Assembly: GCA_043821645.1 (NCBI GenBank) | Contig: JBDRCO010000100.1 | Span: forward strand, 1 to 17,537 | Source: Pseudomonadota bacterium | GTDB lineage: Bacteria; Myxococcota; JACRCW01; JAFGSX01 | DNA: 17,537 nt | Direction: 5' to 3' | In this document: one piece after another, positions 9,193-15,853 of the stretch | How positions within the stretch are numbered: position 1 is the first letter of the stretch | Layout: every line of letters starts with the position of its first letter | The notes under the pieces: generated by a model | The model's database searches: none | What the model was told of the DNA's origin: nothing | The model's input: the letters and a program-made list of their open reading frames with translations, nothing else | Made by a program: the position numbers and the translations under genes

Positions 9193-10107
9193 ATGCGCGG
9201 ACGGCGACCTGTGGTCGGGGTGATGGGCGGCGTGCTGGCACTGCTGGCGACGGGGCCCGGGCACGCCCAGGAACTCACCAGCGTCGCCCCCGCGGCCGAC
9301 GCCACGAGCCCCGTGGCCGAACACCTGGCCCTCGAGGCCGAACACCTGGTCACCGCGCTGCTGGGCAGCTCGGCCATTGGCCTGGTGCTGGTGCTGGTCC
9401 TGCTGTGGGGGCTCGCCTTCGCCCTGCGCTACACCATCCGGCGCCAGCGCTGGACCTCGCCCTCGACGCGACCCCTGCTGCTGCTCGGCAGCGGCGTGCT
9501 GGCGCTGCTGCTGACCCTGTCGCTGGTGGCGCGCCACGTCTACAGCGCGGCGCCCTGGATCGCGACCCTGCTGCTCATTGCCGGCTTCTCGGGGCTGGTG
9601 TTCGGCCTGGCCGCGCGCCTGCGCAGCTGGCTCGGTGGTCTGGTGATGCTGATGGCGGGCCGCGTGCGGCAGGGCGATGTGCTCGAGATCCAGGGCCGCG
9701 CTGGCACCATCGAGGCCCTGGGCCTGTTCTGGCTCACGCTGCGCGGCGAGGCCGGGGACGCGCGCTACCTGCCGGTGGCGGAGCTGGCAGACTCTCCGCT
9801 CTCCGTCTCCACCCCGCGCCGCGCCTATCCCGTCGAGGTTCAGCTGCGCCTCGGCGGCGCACCGCGCGAGGGGCACCTGAAGCGACTTCGCGCCCTGGCC
9901 ACGCTCTGTCCGTACCGGGATCCGCGCAGCGAGGTGCTGCTGCAACTCGACGCCGAGCCCGAAGGCAGCGTGCGGGTGCACTTCAGAGCCTGGTCCAGCG
10001 ACGCCGCCCGGCACGCGGCGCTGTACCTGCACCGGGGTCTGGAGCAGGCCGCGCAGACCTCGATAGCTGGACGGGAGCCGGAGGGATCCGAGATCGCGTC
10101 GGGGTGA
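9193..10107 (+). CDS. Divergent MscS-family mechanosensitive channel protein with a possible signal peptide, 304 aa
   Basis: Starts 1 nt after the previous stop, with AGGAGG at 9178-9183. N-terminus MRGRR-hydrophobic-GHA/QE resembles a signal peptide. Three TM segments, then LRSWLGGLVMLMAGRVRQGDVLEIQGRAGTIEALGLFWLTLRGEAGDARYLP, which matches the MscS beta-domain pattern. Confidence 0.75.
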   Translation: MRGRRPVVGVMGGVLALLATGPGHAQELTSVAPAADATSPVAEHLALEAEHLVTALLGSSAIGLVLVLVLLWGLAFALRYTIRRQRWTSPSTRPLLLLGSGVLALLLTLSLVARHVYSAAPWIATLLLIAGFSGLVFGLAARLRSWLGGLVMLMAGRVRQGDVLEIQGRAGTIEALGLFWLTLRGEAGDARYLPVAELADSPLSVSTPRRAYPVEVQLRLGGAPREGHLKRLRALATLCPYRDPRSEVLLQLDAEPEGSVRVHFRAWSSDAARHAALYLHRGLEQAAQTSIAGREPEGSEIASG

Positions 10108-10116
10108 GGAGATGAC

Positions 10117-10992
10117 ATGAGCGCTTTCGGGCATTCGCTGTGGGGCCTGCTCAACGTCGATCAGCTGGCGCAGTGGGTGGTGCAGCTGGTGCCCAGGCTG
10201 CTCAGCGCCGCGCTCATCCTGTTGCTGTTCTGGGTGCTGTGGCGCGTTGCGCGCGGGGCGATCCAGGCCCTGGGGCGCCGCGCCACCATCGACGCCACGG
10301 CGACGCGCTTTGTCGAGACCGTGGTGCGGGTGACGCTGCTGACCATCGGCGGGGTCACCGCCCTGGGCAAGCTGGGCATCAACACCGCGTCCATCCTCAC
10401 CAGCATGGGCGTCGCCGGCCTGACCATTGGCTTCGCCGCCAAGGACGCCCTGTCCAACATGATCTCGGGCCTGTTCATCTTCTGGGACAGACCCTTCGTC
10501 ATCGGCGACCTGGTCGAGATCGACGGCAAGTACGGCCGCGTCGACAACATCACCATGCGCTCGACACGGGTGGTCACGCCGGACGGCAAGATGCTGGCCG
10601 TGCCCAACAGCGTCGTCGTCAACTCGACGGTGGTCTCGTACACGAACTTCCCGCACCTGCGGCTGGACATCCCCGTCACCGTCAACGTGAACACGCACCT
10701 GGCGGCTGCGCGGCGCGCGCTGCTCGCGCTGTGCGCGGCGCAGGACTGGCTGATGAAGGACCCCGCGCCCGCGGTGCTGGTCACGGCACTCAACGACTAC
10801 AACGTCGAGCTCACCCTGCAGGCCTGGATAGAGGATGAGGCGCAGCACATCGTGCTCAGGGCGCGCCTGCGCGAGGCGGTGTTCGGCGCCCTCAACGCGG
10901 CGGGGGTCGACATGCCCTTCGAGACCCTGCGCATCGAGGCCGTGGCGCCAGCGGCCCCCGCGGTCGGCGCCGTCCAGGCCGCGCCATCCTGA
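10117..10992 (+). CDS. mscS: Small-conductance mechanosensitive channel (MscS family), 291 aa
   Basis: GAGGAG RBS. Canonical GVAGLTIGFAAKDALSNMISGLFIFWDRPFVIGDLVEIDGKYGRVDNITMRSTRVVTPDGKMLAVPNS and C-terminal AGVDMPF. Confidence 0.93.
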   Translation: MSAFGHSLWGLLNVDQLAQWVVQLVPRLLSAALILLLFWVLWRVARGAIQALGRRATIDATATRFVETVVRVTLLTIGGVTALGKLGINTASILTSMGVAGLTIGFAAKDALSNMISGLFIFWDRPFVIGDLVEIDGKYGRVDNITMRSTRVVTPDGKMLAVPNSVVVNSTVVSYTNFPHLRLDIPVTVNVNTHLAAARRALLALCAAQDWLMKDPAPAVLVTALNDYNVELTLQAWIEDEAQHIVLRARLREAVFGALNAAGVDMPFETLRIEAVAPAAPAVGAVQAAPS

Positions 10993-11005
10993 GGGCGCAG
11001 ATCGC

Positions 11006-11850
11006 TCAGCCCGGTGACGCCGTGAGCACGGGCTCGACGCTGGCCACGGTGCCGGCGGGGATGTCGACCCCGGCCTCGGCCGCGGCCAGGGGCAGCAGCG
11101 GCGCGTCGTCGTCGTCGGCCACCACCACCGCCGGATGGCGGCGGTCGCGGCGCAGCACGGTGAGGCTGAACAGCGCCTGCTCGTCGGGCAGGTGGCGGGT
11201 CAGTGCGAAGCCGACCCGGGACCAGCTCAGCAGCAGGCCGTACAGGGCGTTGCGCGCGCGCTTGACCTGGGCGCCGGGCAGCAGCTGTTCGCGCTTGCGG
11301 GTCTCCTGGCCTATCTCCGCCGCGGTCAGCTCCGCGATGGCGGTCTTGACCTCGGCCCGCAGCTCCTCGACCACGGCCGGTGCCCCCAGCTTGTCGCCGT
11401 GCCTGTCGAGCAGGCTGTAAAAGACCCGCGCCGGGGTCAGCACGTTGCTGGCCTCGCCCTGGCCGAAGTTGACGCTGAACAAGCGCGGGTCGGTGCCGGC
11501 GTTGCGCGCCAGCCGCACGCACACGTCGCGCGCCGTGATCAGCGCCTTGCGCTTGAGCACCTGCAGCTCGGTGAACGCGACCTGCTCCGAAACCAGGGTC
11601 TGCCGCTCGGCCGAGAAGTAGCCGCCCAGCTCGAGCAGGCGGTGGCCGGCGACCAGGTCCGCACTCGGTCGCCAAAGCCCTTGGCCTTGAACAGCGCGCG
11701 GTGGCGCCACACCACGGGCAAGGTGGCGAAGAACTGGTGCCCCAGGTCGTTGACCAGGTAGGTGTTGCCGGGCTCGGCGTACGTGCCTTGCTCGAGCAGG
11801 GCCTTGACCTGGTCCAGGGTGGGCTCGGTGCTGTCCTTGATCTCTATCAT
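11006..11850 (-). pseudogene. Hypothetical, mostly helical protein (~281 aa if intact) split by one frameshift near 11660-11667; true pseudogene or sequence error
   Basis: ATG at 11850 with GGAGG 5 nt upstream. ORF 11539..11850 looks protein-like up to ...LFKAKGFGD, and ORF 11006..11710 looks protein-like from ADLVAGHRLLELGG. The two are joined by 8 nt (cgagtgcg on the minus strand). The total span of 845 nt is one base short of a codon multiple. Confidence 0.7.
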
Positions 11851-11964
11851 CCTGTCCTCCCTTGGCCGGGCGCGGTGGGTCGGCCCGCCCCGGCCTGTGT
11901 TGTGATCATGGCCCTGACCTGCTCAGCGGCGACCCCGAGCCTGTCCCGGACCGACAGACAACAT

Positions 11965-12132
11965 CTAAGAGTGTGCTCACGAGAGCTAAGAGTGTTTTCA
12001 CGGTGACTCAGATCACAGTCACGCGTGGCCTGAGACACCTGATCCTGGGCCTGAGACAGCTGATCTCTGCCCTGGGGCCGCTGATCCTGCCCTGACTGCT
12101 GCTGATCCTGCGCGGGTGGCGGCTGATCCGAC
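11965..12132. repeat. Degenerate tandem array of eight 21-nt units
   Basis: Units: ctaagagtgtgctcacgagag / ctaagagtgttttcacggtga / ctcagatcacagtcacgcgtg / gcctgagacacctgatcctgg / gcctgagacagctgatctctg / ccctggggccgctgatcctgc / cctgactgctgctgatcctgc / gcgggtggcggctgatccgac. TCACG occurs at 11977, 11998 and 12019; CTGATC occurs at 12039, 12060, 12081, 12102 and 12123. Confidence 0.85.
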
Positions 12133-12264
12133 CGCGGCCGGCGGCGCGCTGCCACGAGCTGGCAGCGGCGTCGAACGCCGCATGAAATGAACGCGCCGAG
12201 CAGCACCTGGTGATCCCCCCGCGCAACAGGGGAGTTTGTAGCCCAGGCCGACCGCTCGCCTCTA

Positions 12265-12293
12265 TGGGGGATCTCCCTCAAAAAATGTCGCGA
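12265..12293 (+). repeat. Copy 1 of a hairpin plus 19-bp direct repeat (CCCTCAAAAAATGTCGCGA at 12275-12293)
   Basis: TGGGGG-ATCT-CCCTCA stem-loop followed by AAAAATGTCGCGA. The 19-mer is identical to 14900-14918 and overlaps the 12-bp palindrome ATGTCGCGACAT (12285-12296). Confidence 0.85.
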
Positions 12294-12670
12294 CATGGAC
12301 AGCGCACAGCCTGGCCCACGCAGCTGCGGGACCCGGGGCCAGGACCTGGTGGGTCAAGGGGCACCCTCCCGGCCGGTCGCCAGCGACCACAGCGGAGCTG
12401 TGCCGGGATCCGCGCGACCACGCGGTCAGCGCGCGATCACGCTCCCCGGCAGCCCGGGCCACCAGGTCATCCATATGAAATCTGGTGCTTTTTATGCCGT
12501 GCCCGAACACCCTGGGGACACCACTGGCCGCAGCGCGGGGCCACGTGGCCGGTTCACGTCCACGCCCAGGACCCGGGGCATGACACGTGCAACCTCAGCG
12601 GGTGGAGCAACCAGCAGGGGGCCTGCGCGGAGGCCCGAGAGTCGCCTTCGCCACGAGGTCAAGCCAGGAC

Positions 12671-14872
12671 ATGTCACAACAGCCAGGGATGGACGGGTCC
12701 GCGGGGACATGGACGCAGGCAGCCATCGACCAGGTGGCCCTGAACGAGGGCCTGCGCCGGCTGCTGGTCGGGCTCACAGTCCTGTTCGTGGTGTTTCCGG
12801 TGCTCGACGGCGTGACCCTGAGCGGCACCGCGGCGCTGGTGGTGTGCACCCTGGACGTCACACTGGCCATCGTGTTCGGCGCGGGCTTGCTGTGGCTCAG
12901 GCGACGACGCAGCCCTGTTCAACACCCCCATCCCTGGCTGGCCGCCTGCGCGCTGCTGACCGCCGCGAGCTCGCTGCTGACCTACACCATGGCGCCCGAC
13001 ATCTACCTCACCGGCTACCTGCTCATGATCGTCGTCGCCACGGGCAGCTTCATGCTGTCCTGGCGCTGGACCCTGGCCACCATCGCCCTGGTGCTGGGCG
13101 CGGGCTGGGGCGTCATCGGCCGCACCCTCGGTCCCCAGGACACCGCGCAGTGGGGTTTCTTGATGCTGGCGGCGCTGGCCATGGCGCTGTCCATCCTGCT
13201 GGCGCGGCGGGGTGTGCTGCGGCGCGTGGCCCTGCTGTCGCGGGAGGTCGAGGCGCGCGTGCGCAGTCAGGAGGCGACCCTGCAGCAGCTCGAGGCCGAG
13301 CTGACCGAGCGCCGCATCGCCGAGGAGAAGCTGCAGGCCGAGCGCGACGCGGCCGAGCAGATGGTGGAGACCGCGCCGGCCGTGGTGCTGCTGCTGGGGC
13401 TCGACGGCCGCCTGCTGCGCGCCAATTCGCGCCTGGGCCAGCTCACGGGGGTGCCCGTGGAGCAGGTGCTGGGACAGAACTTCTTTGGCCGCTTCATGCC
13501 CGGGTCGCCGCCGGCGCTGGGCGCCGACTGGTGTGGCCACATGCACACGGAGCACGGGGACAGGCCGGCGGTGGCGCCGGTGACCTGCGCCGACGGTGCG
13601 CAGCGCCAGGTCGAGTGGCACTGCTCGGATCTGCGCACGCGCTCGGGCGAGCGCACGGGGGTGCTGGCCGTGGGCCAGGACATCACGGCGCGCCTGCAAG
13701 CCGAGCGCGCCGCCGAGGACGCGCGCGAGCAGATGCTGCAGGCGCAGAAGATGGAGGCCGTGGGCCAGCTCGCGGGCGGGGTGGCCCACGACTTCAACAA
13801 CCTGCTGTGCGTGATGCTCAGCGCCACCGGCTTCGCCCTGGACGCGCTGCCCGCGGATCACCCGGTGCGGCAGGACCTGCGCGACGTGATGCACGCCAGC
13901 CAGCACGCGGCCAGCCTGACCCGGCAGCTGCTGGCCTTCAGCCGGCGCCAGATCTTGCAGCCCGCGGTGCTGGACCTCAACGACCTGGTGCGCAACCTGA
14001 GCAAGATGCTCGGCCGGCTGCTGGGTGAAAACATCGCCATCGAGCTGCAGCTGGGATCGGAGCTCGGCGCCATCAGCGCGGACCCGGGTCAGCTCGAGCA
14101 GGTGCTGCTGAACCTGTCGGTCAACGCCCGCGACGCCATGCCCGCCGGTGGCACCCTGACCATCGAGACCCACGCGGTCGAGCTGGACCCCGAGCAGGCG
14201 GCCAGGTTCCCGGGCATGAAGCCTGGCCGCTACGTGCGGCTGTGCGTCCGCGACAGCGGCTGCGGCATGGACCTGGCCACCCAGCGGCGGCTGTTCGAGC
14301 CCTTCTTCACCACCAAGCCGCCGGGCAAGGGCACGGGCCTCGGCCTGTCCACGGTCTTCGGCATCGTCAAGCAAAGCAACGGCCACATCCGGGTGCACAG
14401 CGAGCCGGGCCGGGGCACGGGCTTCGAGATCGACCTGCCGGCGGTCGACGGGGCACCCCTGCAGCACGGTGCGTCACCGTCGGAGGGTGGCCAGGGTGGC
14501 AACGCCACCGTGCTGCTGGTCGAGGACGATCCCCAGCTCAGGCGCATGGCCGAGCGCATCCTGAAGAAGGCGGGCTACCTCGTGCTCAGCGCCGCCGACG
14601 GCAGCGCGGCGCTGCAGCTGTACCAGAGCCAGGCGCCGAGCATCGATCTGATGCTGACCGACGTGGTCATGCCCGGCATGAGCGGCAAGCAGCTGGCCGA
14701 TCAGCTGCTGGCCCTGCACCCGGGGTTCAGGGTCCTGTTCATGTCGGGCTACACGGGCGACGCGATCGCCCACCACGGGATCCTGGAGCCGGGCATCCGC
14801 TTCCTCCCCAAGCCCTTTTCCGGGGAGCAGCTGCTGCGCGCGGTGCGCGAGGCGCTGGACGCGCCGGCCTGA
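12671..14872 (+). CDS. Membrane-bound PAS hybrid sensor histidine kinase/receiver (CckA-like), ~733 aa
   Basis: About 5-6 N-terminal TM helices, a coiled coil, PAS/PAC (ANSRLGQLTG...VLGQNF...GVLAVGQDIT), H-box QKMEAVGQLAGGVAHDFNNLL, N-box NLSVNARDAM, DSGCGM, FEPFFTTK, GTGLGL, and receiver motifs LLVEDD / LMLTDVVMPGMSG / FMSGY / FLPKPF. The start is uncertain (12587 GTG, 12671 ATG or 12689 ATG). Confidence 0.93.
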   Translation: MSQQPGMDGSAGTWTQAAIDQVALNEGLRRLLVGLTVLFVVFPVLDGVTLSGTAALVVCTLDVTLAIVFGAGLLWLRRRRSPVQHPHPWLAACALLTAASSLLTYTMAPDIYLTGYLLMIVVATGSFMLSWRWTLATIALVLGAGWGVIGRTLGPQDTAQWGFLMLAALAMALSILLARRGVLRRVALLSREVEARVRSQEATLQQLEAELTERRIAEEKLQAERDAAEQMVETAPAVVLLLGLDGRLLRANSRLGQLTGVPVEQVLGQNFFGRFMPGSPPALGADWCGHMHTEHGDRPAVAPVTCADGAQRQVEWHCSDLRTRSGERTGVLAVGQDITARLQAERAAEDAREQMLQAQKMEAVGQLAGGVAHDFNNLLCVMLSATGFALDALPADHPVRQDLRDVMHASQHAASLTRQLLAFSRRQILQPAVLDLNDLVRNLSKMLGRLLGENIAIELQLGSELGAISADPGQLEQVLLNLSVNARDAMPAGGTLTIETHAVELDPEQAARFPGMKPGRYVRLCVRDSGCGMDLATQRRLFEPFFTTKPPGKGTGLGLSTVFGIVKQSNGHIRVHSEPGRGTGFEIDLPAVDGAPLQHGASPSEGGQGGNATVLLVEDDPQLRRMAERILKKAGYLVLSAADGSAALQLYQSQAPSIDLMLTDVVMPGMSGKQLADQLLALHPGFRVLFMSGYTGDAIAHHGILEPGIRFLPKPFSGEQLLRAVREALDAPA

Positions 14873-14888
14873 GGGTGGCGCTCTGGCC

Positions 14889-14918
14889 TGAGGGTCGCAC
14901 CCTCAAAAAATGTCGCGA
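14889..14918 (+). repeat. Copy 2 of the hairpin plus 19-bp direct repeat (CCCTCAAAAAATGTCGCGA at 14900-14918)
   Basis: TGAGGGT-CGC-ACCCTCA is a perfect 7-bp stem, followed by AAAAATGTCGCGA. It lies in the short gap between convergent genes. Confidence 0.85.
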
Positions 14919-14944
14919 GGTGGGCACGAGGGGAGCGGGCGGCC

Positions 14945-15595
14945 CTACACGATGTCGGGCACCAGCCCGTGGCGCACCGCGAAGCGCGTCAGCTCGGCCG
15001 CCGTGCGCAGCCCGAGCTTGCTCACCAGGCTGCTGCGGTGGCGCTCGATGGTCTTGATGCTGCACCCCATCTCGGTCGCAGCCTCGCCGTTGCTGCGCCC
15101 CAGCGCCAGCAGGCGCAGCAGCTCGCCCTCGCGCGCGGTCAGCAGGCCCAGGCCGTGCACGCCGTTCTGGGCAAAGGCCACGAACTCGGCGAACACGAAG
15201 GGCAGCAGGGGCTCGCTGAAGTGGTGCTGGCCGCTGGCCACCAGGCGTATGGCCGTGGCCAGCTCGTCCATGCTGGCGCCCTTGAGCACGTAGCCGTCGG
15301 CGCCGGCGTGCACCGCCGCGCGGATGCGCCGCGGCGAGCTGTCGCCGGACACCACCACCACCCTGAGCTCGCGCCAGCGCCGCGAGATCGCCTGGATGAG
15401 GGAGACACCGTCACCCCGGGGCAGGGACAGATCGACCAGGGCCACGTCGGCCCGGGTCGCCTCGAGCAAGGCCAGGGCCTCGACCTCGTCGGCGGCCGCG
15501 GCCACCACCTCGAACTCGCCCTGCTGCGGCAGGGTGCGACTCCAGATGCGGCGCAGCGGCGCATCGTCCTCGACCAGCAACAGACGGATCGCCAT
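14945..15595 (-). CDS. NarL/FixJ-family response regulator (REC + LuxR HTH), 216 aa
   Basis: GGAGG upstream. LLLVEDD, VALVDLSLPRGDG, VVVSG, GADGYVLK, and HTH LTAREGELLRLLALGRSNGEAATEMGCSIKTIERHRSSLVSKLG. Confidence 0.95.
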   Translation of the reverse strand: MAIRLLLVEDDAPLRRIWSRTLPQQGEFEVVAAAADEVEALALLEATRADVALVDLSLPRGDGVSLIQAISRRWRELRVVVVSGDSSPRRIRAAVHAGADGYVLKGASMDELATAIRLVASGQHHFSEPLLPFVFAEFVAFAQNGVHGLGLLTAREGELLRLLALGRSNGEAATEMGCSIKTIERHRSSLVSKLGLRTAAELTRFAVRHGLVPDIV

Positions 15596-15853
15596 GGTCA
15601 GCCCTCCCCGAGCACGCCAGCCCAGCCCTGTGTTAGCAGCACTGCGGGTGCCGGATCAAGCCAGCCCGTGAACGCGGCCGCGGGCGGGAGCACGGCGACG
15701 GCGCCACGGGGTGAATACCAACCGCGATCCCGGCCAGCTTTCGTGGCAGCGGCAGCACCGCGGGGTATCCTTTTATCGATAGTCAGAATGTAGAAAGCGA
15801 CGGGGTGGCCTGGATAGGGACAGTCAGGGCCGAATTGCCCGGCGAGGTGAGCG
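15596..15853. promoter_or_regulatory. Divergent intergenic region between the response regulator and the V4R-like kinase; probably holds both promoters
   Basis: 258-bp gap between divergent starts, with a locally AT-rich patch tatccttttatcgatagtcagaatgtagaaag (~15767-15798). No specific promoter boxes assigned. Confidence 0.45.

Noticed and set aside
4764-9377. 1537-aa minus-strand ORF, plus other long antisense or alternate-frame ORFs (e.g. 5309..8143, 3329..5152, 8923..10848, 12674..14467, 15824..17443)
   Set aside because: Shadow ORFs of well-supported genes in high-GC DNA; they have no recognisable motifs and show the biased composition expected from antisense or shifted frames.
11965-12132. 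CRISPR array interpretation of the repeat tract
   Set aside because: The period is only 21 nt, the units are degenerate, there is no repeat-spacer alternation, and no cas genes are present.
12212-12273. 8-bp inverted repeat GATCCCCC...GGGGGATC as an ncRNA or MITE boundary
   Set aside because: Too short, low complexity, with no recognisable RNA family or target-site duplication.
12210-12743. Small ORFs in the 12.2-12.7 kb gap (12210..12743, 12262..12510, 12492..12710, start of 12295..14028)
   Set aside because: No motifs, no convincing RBS, and atypical composition; more likely the non-coding upstream region of the hybrid kinase.
14889-14910. Rho-independent terminator between the convergent kinase and regulator
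   Set aside because: The hairpin is followed by an A-tract on the plus strand (T-tract precedes it on the minus strand), which is the wrong polarity for both strands. Kept as part of the repeat element instead.
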